A DNA stretch of 57,332 bases, the filler included, from Sphacelaria rigidula (Eukaryota), in NCBI GenBank assembly GCA_964200075.2. It is 4 parts of 4 records of this genome, joined end to end, with 100 filler letters (N's around TTAATTAATTAA, not from the genome) between each part and the next. Parts side by side here need not be neighbours in the genome. Positions count along the whole stretch, not along the records: positions 14,364 to 28,622 come from CAXNAA020002353.1; positions 28,723 to 42,979 come from CAXNAA020002354.1; 2 more parts are not named here. One strand, given 5' to 3'. Position 1 is the stretch's first letter; each line of letters begins with the position of its first letter. The notes beneath the pieces were generated by a model. That model saw only the letters and a program-made list of their open reading frames with translations. It did not search any database and was not told the origin of the DNA. Made by a program: the position numbers and the translations under genes. Positions 24,291 to 36,200 of this stretch are shown here, piece by piece.

Positions 24291-27200
24291 AGCAATATGC
24301 GGTGTTGCGCTAGTGGATCAGTGCGTCAACATCGAAGGAGTTGGGAGAAGATCCTCTTGATTGGAGAGAGAGATCATGGACGCTTTTTGCGTGGTCAGCA
24401 GCAAGTTGCCCAACATGAAACAGACCAACCTGTCTGTAGCATGAAAACGACCATTTGTGATGAGAGTGCATGTGTAATACTTGAAGCGATGCAAATATTT
24501 CAAGTCAGTCGAAGATAGCAAGGAAAATACTGTATGTTGAAATGTGTGAACATACATCAGGGTGTGAAGCGTTCTTCGTTGCTTTGAGCCCACCCCATGA
24601 CCCATCTTCCGGTACACAGTAGACAGGGACAGGCACTCCTTCGCTTACTGTATAAGCTGTACAATGCACCAAGACAAACTGATGGGGGAGAAAACGGACG
24701 CAAAGAAATGCTGTAGACGTTCGAAAGGACAGTCTGTATATTGAGGGTTTTCGAGCGGTGAAAGCCCGATAACCGACACATGATGGAGGCATGGCAAGCC
24801 TCTTATAATAGTTAATAGTTCACATACGCATAGAACACTCTCCTGAGGCCGGCGGTGACTGTTGACTATTGAACCCTTTGGCCAGCGCGGTTGATCTGGG
24901 TGGGGGTGGGCAACGTATTCTCCAAGTGAAAGTGATGCCGACACGAAAGATGAGGTATACTAGATCCAGGGTCCAAGGATTAGTTAGCCCGTGCTTATCG
25001 GGATGAAACAAACAGCGAAGAGCAAAGGAGGCGTGCAAAAGCAGCAGCCGAATTGGTGATCTCGCCGCGTTATGTCGCCACGATAAAAAATATTTCGCTT
25101 CCGGCCGCTTGCCTTGCTGTTCGCTCTCTTCTCAAGCTCATTATGATGGGTCTTGACCTCCCCGGAAGGTCAACGGGTTCAAATCTCATCATCGGTCTAT
25201 TAGTCAGCCGAACGTCAAAATCGAACCCAAAGGAGTACCATGCTGTCTGTAGGTACTGTGTACTGTCTGTACACAGCGGAACCAGGGCACAGCACGCACT
25301 TATTTCGTGTGGTGTGTGCTTATTCCGAGACGGTTACAGAAAAAAACAGGAAAAAACGAGGGTGTGGAATAACACATCGATCGCGTTTTCACCCTCTCAC
25401 GGAGGGACAAGGCCGATAAGATGTACGGTCGAGACACACCCGAACAAATTCGTTCTCCATCTGTCACGTGACTGGTGTTGGAAAACGAGCGCATCGCTAC
25501 CGCGGTTGCACCCACTATTCCCCCTGAAAGAAAATTTGACTTGGGTACTCGTACAACAGTACTTATAGTTATCGAGCTTTCCGCTGCTTTCGGTTCACAT
25601 TTCGATCATTGGATACCGAAAAAGATCCATGGTTGAGATGACCATGTTTGGTATCAGCTCGTTCCAATCTAGACTCTAGTCGATTATTTTTGTTGAAAAA
25701 CGCGCCCGGGAATATGGAACAGCAAGAGCTGCCTAGCCCTGGCACATCATGGCCTCTACTACTAATACCGAGTAGCGATTGTGCAGAGGGGCAGCGGGGC
25801 GGGGGGTGTCCGTTGGTAGCGTTGTCTGCACTTTAATGTTGACGGAAGCTTACGTCGGAATCTCGAAGCCCTCCCGTACAATCGCACATGCGATATTTTT
25901 GATAGCGAGAGAGTACAGAAGTGTATCACTGCACGCCCAAACAACAGCGCAGCTGACGAAAAAGGGTAAAAAAATGTGGATACAACCGTCTGTCTGTATG
26001 TAGAAAACTTTATGTAGCAAAGAATACCCGATATACTCGTCACCTGTTGACTGGCTTGGGTTCCGTCTGTTGCTAGGTGGGGATTTGCTGCAAGACGAAG
26101 CGAAATGCAAAGCATCAACTACCACCGATCATAACATACGAAAGCAACCAACCTTGCACATATATGAGCCATCGATCAGACTAAACCCCTGATCTCGCCC
26201 CTGCTCCGGTCTGACTTCACGGTTGTAGATGAACTGCACTGCACTGCACGACACAAGAGATTGAGCAAATTGAACTCTCCGTATTCCCGTTGCCCAGATG
26301 GGACAATGAGAGAATAAACACAGGTAGATAATGGAGATCATGAATATAATGCATATTGCCACAACATTGTGAGTAGGAACGAAGCTTATATTTTCGATAT
26401 ATAAACATGAGGGCTGGAGGGCTATGCTAGTTAACATATCCGTACTGAGTGCATGATGCACACCAAACACAGGGGCACACAAACCCTAGAAAGCACAACC
26501 GTTGGGCGGAGCTTTCCTTTCTCACCTCATGGTAGCCGGCGCATCTGCCATTGGCCTTGGCAGATCATCCCCCTGGTTTCCCAAGTGATCCTCCTCAGAG
26601 TTTGTAGGGCCGAAAAGGGCCGTCCTGAAGAGGTCACATATATGACAAAATTCACTCATAATGCAAAACCAAACCCAGACCCGGAGCCCCGTCGGAGATG
26701 ACCTCCAGCCCCACACAGACCTTTTTGAAAAAAACAGAAAGCTTTCCTGTATGTAAAACACCCGCAGCGTGCCCCTCACCCGCCAGCGCACGCTCTCCGT
26801 CGCTTCGGTCGCCGCAATTAGATATCCTCCCTACCCGACCAGCTGTGCACACAAAATATACACGTGGGGCTATGTACCACAGGCACAAACAACGCAGGCT
26901 TCCTCTCCGGCCTCTGCTTGCTGTGTCTTTTTTCTTCCTGAGGTTGTATTCGGTTCTCCAAACTCCATGTGCCCCTGATCTCTGGAGCTGGTCTTGGCAT
27001 GCTGTCTAAAGAAGGGGATAATTGATCGAATTAGACTATTGAATTTTCTCGTAAAGCCTTGCTTTCGCGATATTTTCCCCTCGAGAACTGAATATTGTTG
27101 CGGACACGCAGCCGATATCACTACATAAATTTGAACCTCTTGTATCCCGATGTACAAATGAATGCTGGGCAATGGGAGAAAATATGCACCCCATCAATGA

Positions 27201-28622
27201 TGCAGCTCAGGTGCTCTCCAGGACTGTAAATGTCGCGATTGAGAATGTATGCAAACAATTTAGCGAGCTGCTCATTTGACATGGTACTTGAGATCTTAGA
27301 AATGCCGATATACCACCCATGCTGCTGTGCACTGAAGATCCGAACAGCTGTGTCTGTTGAGATCGCACACACTGGATCCATACGTCTCCCACAGAGCGTC
27401 GGGTTTCGCCGGTGATCGAACAGCATGCCCGTGTACTTCCAGTGACGTGACATTACATGAGAACACCAACGGTTCAACACGAACTCGTCTTTCGTATGAA
27501 ATCACCGGCATTTGACAGCAGATAACTTGTTGAAGCTAAAAATAATTTACTCAGTAAAGAATGCTGAGTGAGTGACAAGTGAATCGGCCACAAGGCACAA
27601 AGGGGGTGTCTGGAGATACGCTGGTCGCAAGATCCACAGCAATTGACAGCTCCCGAAATCCGCCTTGACTGACAGATGAGTTACTGTATGATGACTCACC
27701 GACCAGTTGAGGGCAGTGGTGAAAAGGTGGGGGTAAACGTGTAGGGCGCGGATTATAGTCAGGTCTAGCGGTAGGGTCAGCACTCTTAGATCCTACAATA
27801 TTGTAGACAGGCAGGTTGGCCCTTGCAACCCCATGCATCAACAGTCAGTAGCCGCACCAGCTGTCATCTTCTGGGCACCATGGCACCACACAGGTGACCC
27901 CACCGAACAGACCTAACGAGGTAGTGATGCGTACGATCGCGGAGTATGGAGAAGCCTGTTCAACGGGTATCTTATTTTCCAAGATGCGCTGGGGATATAT
28001 TTGTCGTCGCTGCACGGATCTGGGCTGACCTGTACGACACTCACTACTGTTGTGCTGTGCTGCTGTACTGTTTTTTGCGAGACCCGAGGCACGCAAGAAT
28101 GTTTGCTATGTACACGTACTGTATTGTCTTGTGTACAGTACCAACAAAGGACGGAATGCTCATCGCGGCACGGAAGACCATCAATCGAATGTAAGAACTT
28201 TCACGTACGCGCAGTTACGCGGAATGTTCTATTCGAAGTCTGACGTACCGCAGTGTGCGGCACTGTTCGTACCGTATTGTATACCTGTACTACGGTCGTC
28301 CCATGTCTCTGCGGGGCTATATACTACCTGAAAAATGTGTATCGGTGCTGTATTCATTGTATCATACTTTTGTACTTTGATGAAATTGTAGAAATTAAAA
28401 AAATGCACACCCTGGACAATATATATATGGTCAACAAATGCAACATACGAGAAGTGTACTGCATAAAGTATAGGCCTATTGCAACTATTGCCGGCCGACT
28501 ACAGTCGCAATAGGGTTGTACTTTATGCAGTACGTTTCTTTTCCATTGTGTTATGTGTGGTGTCGTCCCTTTTATTCTGGGCGCCAGTCTACCCCTTTCG
28601 GGATATGTGGGCGCATCAGCCA

Positions 28623-28722
28623 NNNNNNNNNNNNNNNNNNNNNNNNNNNNNNNNNNNNNNNNNNNNTTAATTAATTAANNNNNNNNNNNNNNNNNNNNNN
28701 NNNNNNNNNNNNNNNNNNNNNN
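28623..28722. other. Assembly spacer (N44-TTAATTAATTAA-N44)
   Basis: 100-bp gap containing the six-frame stop linker. Confidence 0.98.
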
Positions 28723-28780
28723 CGGCTTTTGAGTTGAACCTCATTTTTTTTTTCAACCCCATTTTCGAAAATCGGCTGTT
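28723..28780 (+). repeat. Dispersed repeat end, reverse complement of ~57263-57319
   Basis: CGGCTTTTGAGTTGAACCTCATTTTTTTTTTCAACCCCATTTTCGAAAATCGGCTGTT versus AACAGCCGGTTCTCGAAAATGGGGTTGAAAAAAAATGAGGTTCAACTCAAAAGCCG. Confidence 0.8.
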
Positions 28781-29118
28781 TGGTTTGCTGCTGAGACTCG
28801 CCTGTAGCCGGGGATGAAGGTTCCTGGGCGTCGTCCATCGCGTTAAAACTTCACCTCAGTAATACAAGTCTGGCAGACGTGTGCGTCCCCTTTTGTGTAC
28901 AGTAGGCGGCCCCAGTTATCGCGCACGGTATAGCACATTGCACAAATATAAGTCGATATCTTACATGCATCACGTAATGCAGTCATATATACACTATAGA
29001 TCACCTGATGGTATAGGCAACAAACTGTCCAGTATCACCTGAAATAAGCATATATATCACCCGATATAGACCTATATATCACCTGATGAAGGCCTATATA
29101 TCATATACGACATATCAT

Positions 29119-29376
29119 GAGCAATGCTACGGTAGGGGTGCACTTTTTGCGCGAAATTATGTCTAGTTCAGGGGCTCCCAACGATTCTAGATGCACGAAA
29201 AATATGGGTCAGGGCATCTCCGCTTGCGAATTCGTTCGGGATATCCCCAGCACGTTGGAGTAGTAGTCCTGGTGTACTTTCAAATATTTTCATAGGTCGT
29301 GTTTTGCATTAGATAAAAGGCTCCTAATAATTCTAACCTCAGAACATATTTGTGCACCCCTACCGTAGCATTACTC
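29119..29376. mobile_element. MITE, GAG-terminus family (Sola2-like signature)
   Basis: TIRs GAGCAATGCTACGGTAGGGGTGCAC / GTGCACCCCTACCGTAGCATTACTC and an exact 4-bp TSD TCAT. Confidence 0.88.
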
Positions 29377-30389
29377 TCATATACCCTTGTAGTCACCTTT
29401 TTTTGCTGAAAAAACTCGATATATATAGGGTATATATGATATAAAGTCATAAAAAATATAATTTCATATCACATAACATCCGAAAAAACATGACTAAGGT
29501 ATATGAAATAGACCAGGGGTATATCTATACCAGGCTCTAACTCCAGCCTCAGGGTTCACAAACGCCTCATTCACCATTCACTGTTTATTGTGGTAATTTA
29601 TACTTTGAAGTACTTTTTGCCGCACATTGCTCGATCCTGCTTCATCCACTCGTATTGTACTCCTCCAGCCGTGGCCGCAAGATCGGCGCACCCAAGGCAA
29701 GTGATGGGTAAGACCTGGAGCTGTGGAGGACAGCGACAGCTGAAGCGTCTCTACGCGCTAGACCCGATCGATGCAGCGCTGTGCGAGCAGCACTACTCGT
29801 ACATGCCCTGAATTTATACCATCATGAAGACAAACGTCTTGAAAATAATTTGGACTCCTGCTTGAGCATAAGTCACGCGCATGTCTCGGGAAAATTGTTC
29901 TCACCTTGCCCATCACCCGGCAACAACATAATATTTCCTCACAATATATCTGGAATATTCGTTCTGCTGCCATGAAAAGACAAGTAAGTCGCTTGAGGCT
30001 TGCGTCCAAAAAATACGTGTGTTCGCGTGAAAATATTAATTAATTGGTTGGGATTGAATGGCCAGTTGGATGGTTGGTTGAATTTTATTTTTTGGACAAA
30101 GATAATGATGGGCGCATTGTGTATAAACTATGAGTAAATGCAATCGCACGCTGTCTACTTTGCTTTCGTTGCCCCACACGTATGTTTTTCCTATCTTCAC
30201 GAGGTATTCCCATGACGTTGACTGGCAAATGTTTTAAAGGTCGTGTTCAGCAGAGTATATATCGGCTGAATTTATATTTCAGCTTGCAGATGTTTCGTGA
30301 GAGCATGTTCTGGACGTCTTTCCAAAGGTGATGTGATCTGTAGGATGCTTTTTGTACAGCACACGGGGTTTTTTCTCGAGTGTTCATCG

Positions 30390-31712
30390 TATACCCGACA
30401 GTTTGGTGACTTATTATGTAGGAAGACTTACAAATAAATAAGACTTTCACACCGGTACCCAAGCAGTACCCGACAGTTCTGTAACCTCTGTAAGACTTTC
30501 GTACCGCTGCCCGATAGTGTTGTGGGTTCTGTAGGCCTCCCGCAACCTTATCGGGGGCACGGGTATGCCCTTATGAAAATACCGGAATGAGGCTACGGTT
30601 TTCTGTACAGCATCCATACCCTATACCCGAAAGGTAACAGCCGATCATCGAAATTGAGAACGGAGCTATTCATTGAGGATGAAAAACCGGAAAATAAAAA
30701 TCTTCGCATCCACGCCAATTCTTCGAAATATGGTCCCATTCCTTCATCTGCTGGTAGCTATTGACAACTACTACAACACGCCATCACATTTTGGATTCCG
30801 ATGACCGAAATTTGGGGATCCCATATGAAGAAAAAAAGTTGGAAATTTTGGTGATCAGGTAGCTATTGACAACTACTACACGCCATCATCAGAGTTCGGA
30901 TCCCGGTGACCGAAATTTGGAGGTCCTAGGTGAAGGGAAAAAATGTTGGAAACTTAGACCTAAATAGTTTTCAGTGTTTTTTAAATGATCACTTAAATTT
31001 CTAATATTTTTCATCACCTAGGACCCCCAAATTTCGGTCATCGAATTCAGTCTTTGATGGCGTGTAGTAGTTGTCAACAGCTACCAACAGATGAAGGAAT
31101 GCTGATCACTTGAAATTCCAACTTTTTTTCTTCGCCTAGGACCCCCACATTTCGGCCATCGGAATCCAAACTTTGATGGCGTGTAGTAGTTGTCAATATC
31201 TGCCAGCAGATGAAGGAATGCTGATCACTCAAATTCTCAACCCTGTTTCTTCACTCAGGACCCCAAATTCAAATTTCGGTCATCGGAATCCGAACCTTGA
31301 TGGCGTGTAGTAGTTGTCAATAGCTACCAGCAGATGAAGGAATGGACACATATTTCGAAGAATTGGCGTGGATGCGAAGATTGTAATTTCCCGGTTTTTC
31401 GTTCTCAATGAAAAGCTCAATTTTCAGTTCGATGGTATGCTGTTGCGCCCTGTGAGTTCTGCCAGCCTCTCATACCCTCACTCGACAGTTGTGTGAGTTC
31501 CGTACAGGATTTTTACCCTCACCCGGGGCACGGTTATATATGTGCCCTTGAAATGCCCGGTTGCCCGCACGGTATTCTGTCAGTCTCCCATACCCTGCCC
31601 GACAACCAGCTCTGTATTTCTGTAAGGCTTTCATACCGGTACCCGACAGTTTGGTAGTACGATCCGTAAGCCTCCCATACCCGTACACGGGGTTAGGGTA
31701 TACCAGGGGTCT
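30390..31712. repeat. Degenerate motif-array repeat split by the foldback element
   Basis: Recurring TCTGTAAGACTTTC / CCGGTACCCGACAGTT / CCATACCC motifs at 30390-30630 and 31450-31712. Confidence 0.6.
30636..31444. mobile_element. Foldback element with long modular inverted repeats
   Basis: AACAGC...GCTGTT ends. The arms are inverted copies built from a ~105-125-bp unit (GGTAGCTATTGACAACTACTACACGCCATCA...GACCGAAATTTGG): 2 units on the left, 3 on the right. No coding region. Confidence 0.85.
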
Positions 31713-31928
31713 ACAAGGAGAAGATTCGGACACGGAGCCACCCCCCCTTCTCCCGGGGTTTCTTTCTTCAAAAATTGACGTGATTCTTGTTGTTGAATAT
31801 TGTTGCAGGAAGTTGATGAATGAGACACTGCTGACAAAAAAATGAAAAGTCGGGTGGGCTTTGCGGGGTTCGTATATTTGCTTCTGCTCCTTGCCCGCTC
31901 TGTCCCGATGACCTCAGATTTCGGCCGC

Positions 31929-32256
31929 GCCCCGGTGGTGTAATGGTCCGACTGTCACAACTAGGGTGGAGAGAATGTGGGTTCGATTACCAATCCGTCA
32001 AGTTTTTTCTTCGTAGTACCTGATTTCCACCGTCGAAAGCGTGAGTACGTGAGGGAACAAAAAATAGTCGACTGAGCTTGTTAGACGAGAGTTGATGCGG
32101 TGCGGGAGTGCTGTGACCCAATCCGCGAGATCAAAATACAAGCCGTGTACCGGGCAGAGATGGGTTGATCCCTTGAAACCACGGACTCGTCCCGAGGAAG
32201 GGGGCGGGTTCAAAGTGCGACAAATAAAAAAAAACGAAAAATAAAATAATAATAAT
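31929..32256 (+). mobile_element. Probable second tRNA-derived SINE family
   Basis: A-box-like TGGTGTAATGG (~31936), B-box-like GGTTCGATTAC (~31980), a body unrelated to the first SINE, and an A-rich/(AAT)n tail at 32222-32256. Confidence 0.55.
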
Positions 32257-33101
32257 GAGTTTTCCGGCTGGCTCCCAACCTCGACGAAGTGACGACATGT
32301 ACGGGCACGGACGAAAAGTCTGAGAGTGCAGCTGATGAGCAGTAGCTGACTTGCGCTGGAACCGTCCCCTATGCAGTTGACAATATCAACGGAAACGAAA
32401 TTTGAACGACGGCTTTACTTGGTCATCATCCAAATGCTCTCTATTTTCCATACAAATATATTTCGTTGCGCAGAGCTGGTATTACGAACTCAACATATAC
32501 TTCGTTATATGGAGCTGGCATTGCCAACCCCAATACACACAAATGCCAGTCGATGGGGTCGTGACCTACACGTAGGGGAAACACATGCCACATCTTCCCT
32601 GTAGATGACCACACCAGAAGCCCTATACATGACTTAATGCGTGTAAGAAGAAACACGAAGAGGCGGACAACAAAAACAAACAAATCAAAAACACGAAAAA
32701 AAAATGGAATTTTCCTCGTCGCCTCGATGTGAGCGACGTGAATTGCGCGCGATCCTCGCCACTCTTTCAAGCAAAAACATGGCAACTTCTCAAGCCCTCA
32801 ACCAGATCTCGGTTCTCGTCGTAGGTGGTGCTCAGGTGCATGCTCAACTACCACAGTGCGACAGTCAAGTCGCACCGCCGCAAATAAAGCATGAGAAATA
32901 TACGCACGGATATTCCAACACTAGACATGACCCATACCGAAAGCACATAGATGTATGTATGTATGTAAGTATGTACATATATGTGTGTATATATCGAGTA
33001 CTACGGTGTGGATCCTCCTCACTAGGAGTCGGGCGCTCTTACAAACTCTATCTACAGACTGGTCTATTGCCGGAGTTTCCGCCCTCGGGGGTACTTGTCA
33101 G

Positions 33102-33242
33102 CTATCTTGCAGACCCGCCATACGGTGATCCTCCACCGTTTCCCTCGTCATTATCATCGTCAACCTTGATCGTTTCGTACTCGTCCTGCTCTTTCAGGGT
33201 CTTCTTCTTCAACGCCAGCCGCTCGCGTCGTTCGTGCTCATC
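33102..33242 (-). CDS. panB: panB exon 7 (probable terminal exon)
   Basis: CAG acceptor, phase 0, [14 protein letters not shown]...[12 protein letters not shown]. No catalytic motif, so it is assigned by phase, composition and position. Confidence 0.7.
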   Translation of the reverse strand, partial: DEHERRERLALKKKTLKEQDEYETIKVDDDNDEGNGGGSPYGGSAR

Positions 33243-36200
33243 CTGGCACGTGGTGAGGAAACGACAGGGAGAGTGACGTGCGAGCGTCGTATAATCATGC
33301 AAGTGCGGCGTCACGACAAACGCAAAAAACGAATGACGGTCAGCGGGGTCGAACGCAACACGGAGTTTCACCAATATATGAATCCTATCGCACAACTCGT
33401 ACCGAACGTGATTTCGCAAGAGTAAAATCTACAAGGGTGTGCCCAGGAGACGAGCAGGAGCAGGAGCAAGAATACAGCAGATGTCAAGGGGCAACAGTCC
33501 TCCGAATATCGTGCTGAGTGTGTTAGCTGGCATGGTCAACATAGCTACTAGACTCATCCGAAAGAACAAATAATTGCTCGGGAAGAGAGAAAACTCGAAA
33601 AACAACAGTGACGGGCGTGCCGAAAGACTGAGGAACCAACCGCGCATTTCCCAGCTGATAAACCCGACTATTCGACACGTTAGCCCTCAGACCGCGGTAT
33701 GGGCAGTCCATCTGGATCACGCATACTTTTTTCAAGTGAAAATTGATGCCGATTCAGCAGGTGACCTACCCTCGCGGCGGAGGGTGAAGCTACTGTACAT
33801 TTGCAAGTGAACAGGATGTTGATTGGCGTTCGCAAAAGGGCACCTTGGCTAGAAGCTCTTCGAATGTCTTCTCCTCCTCGGCAGACATTTTGTATGGACT
33901 GTACTGTTCCTGGGGGAATGACCCCTGCTCCACTTCCTGCCTGAACGTCTCCAATCCTCGTCTCACCTGAGTTATGTGTGTGCGTGTTGAGCGGATGCAT
34001 CATGAGCAAACCAACCAAAAAAAGATATCCTGCAACGACGGACGAGCTTGTTGCGTATGGGAATGCCATGGAGGACACCAGGAGACTCCGTTGGGAGACA
34101 TCGAAAGGGAACTCGACATCCACCCTGTTGACCACGTGAGGCACCAAAAACTGATTACGTGAAGTAGTTCAAGCATCTGAGGCAGATATGGGATGGTATG
34201 ATTACATACGATGGTATGGCCGCATCGGAAAGCACATGTGTGAGTCCAGCTGCTCTTGAATCAATGCAGACCAACGATTGAAAAGGGACGTGGCGAGGGG
34301 AAAAGGTCAGTCAAACAGCGTGTCATGGCCGACAAGAAAAATTGTGCCCCTCTGCGACGAAATCACCACAAGAGTCAGACGACTGCACACGTACGTTGTC
34401 TCGAAAGAAGTCAACAGGACCGACCAGCAGGCGCTAAACAAATGGGCGAGAAGACTGTCGCAGCCCGTACCTCCTCGCCAACATTGGCGTAGTTTTTGCA
34501 GAACCGGGGCACGAACTGCGCGTGGTGGGGATGCTGCAGCATTCCAAGCATATCGTGGTACACCAGAACCTGAGAGGGCAACATCACGCGTACCGTATCT
34601 GGCAAGTGAGTAGCATGGCACGGACGATGGAGCCATGCTGCGTCCAGATGCACACGAGAACTCGACAAGTGCACCGCTGAGGGTACGTACAACGCGCATC
34701 GACCTTCAATATTTGCACGGGCTGAGTCTGTCGAACTTCCACGGCGGAGTAGATATCTCCTCGTGACTGCCGGTTCTCAGTACAACAGAATGTCAGCTTG
34801 TGAGTACTCTAAGGCATTCCGCCCTCTTCAAAAAGAGATGGACCCGCACAGCGCTCGCGCACGACCTCGTGCCGGTACAAACCACCACTTCTGCCACTAA
34901 GACTCTTGAAGCCACTGCAAAAACTAATCCCCAGGCAACACCCAACGGCATCAAACTGCCGCTTGCAACGAATTCGGGGAATCCTGAACCCACCTGTCCG
35001 CTGGTGAAAGGCCCGGCTCCGATGCCAATCGTCGGGATTTCCAGCGCTTCCGTGACGGATTTAGCGACCGGAGCCGGTACGCATTCCACTACTACTGCGA
35101 AGGCTCCAGCCTCCTGCACGGCCAAGGCATCGTCTAAGAGTTGCCTTGCCTTCACCGCCGTCCTTCCCTGAGCACGGAAACCTCCCAGAACGCTGAATCA
35201 GGCGAATAGAGACACAGCCGAGAGCGAAATTCGGCTTCGGCTGCACAAAGTACCGTCATGTTGGGTAACGGCGCGTGGGGTCGACTGGATTGAGAGCGAT
35301 GGAATATTGCTCACAGGCAGTTGTGTGCGATCGTGCTCTCGCCTTGTGGGCCAACGACACAGCCAGGGTAGTAAGGGTACAGATATCTGTATCGATGTAA
35401 AAGAGTGGCGTGCGCATGCAGCTTTAGGGACATTTTCCTGCTCTCAACTTGACAAAAAAATAAGCCCGAACCTTCGAAACACTGCCGAGGCGAAACGCTC
35501 CTATTCGCCTGCATCATCATATATGACTTAATGTGTACGCAACTCGACCGATACGCTGCTTTAGGCATCACGGAGGGGAATTTTTGTTGGCGTAACCAGT
35601 AGCACAGCGTGCCTTGCCTCGAACAACAGCAGAGACGGTAGGTGTACCGTAGTCCATACCTGATTGCTTGAGGTGTCAGCCCTACGTGGCCTACGACGGC
35701 GATTCCACCGTCCACTATCTTTCGAATGTGCTCCGCTCGGTTTTTACCTCCCTCCACCTTTACAGCGTCCACCTTGCCCTCCTGAGCAGGCACGTGAATA
35801 AGGGGGAAAAGCCGGAAGCCACGTACGAGATGTTCGAGCGCGCCATATGAGGACAACGTGCATTGGGTAAAGAGGTGATTTTTCTCGTGGATTCTGTGTA
35901 AAAGGCGACTGCTACAGGCGATGATGAATTGAGCTCACGAATACAACGCTGGCCCTGCAGCTGTTGGCTAGCATCGGCGTCCTCCGAGTGTTGTGTAAAA
36001 AGAGGCGCCGCATTATGCTTCCATATTCTGTTCGTCTATGGGTCAATAAAAATCGCCCCATCTTCAGGTCAGCTGTACTCGAAGAAAGGTATCCTACACA
36101 CCTATCCCCCCCCCCCCCCCACCCCCACTCTCCCCCCCGGAGTACCGATTTATTCATTCATTTATATGTTGCGTAGATTTTTTGCCTCGTCATCTTTCCC

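Noticed and set aside
29820..30010. Minus-strand peptide faintly like a hAT dimerisation domain
   Set aside because: It has two stops and lacks the diagnostic SxxxERxFS motif; the resemblance is too weak to call.
30750..31340. Regularly spaced conserved ~30-bp motifs resembling a CRISPR array
   Set aside because: The intervening sequences are homologous to each other, the units are inverted between arms, no cas genes are present and the context is eukaryotic. It is a foldback element.
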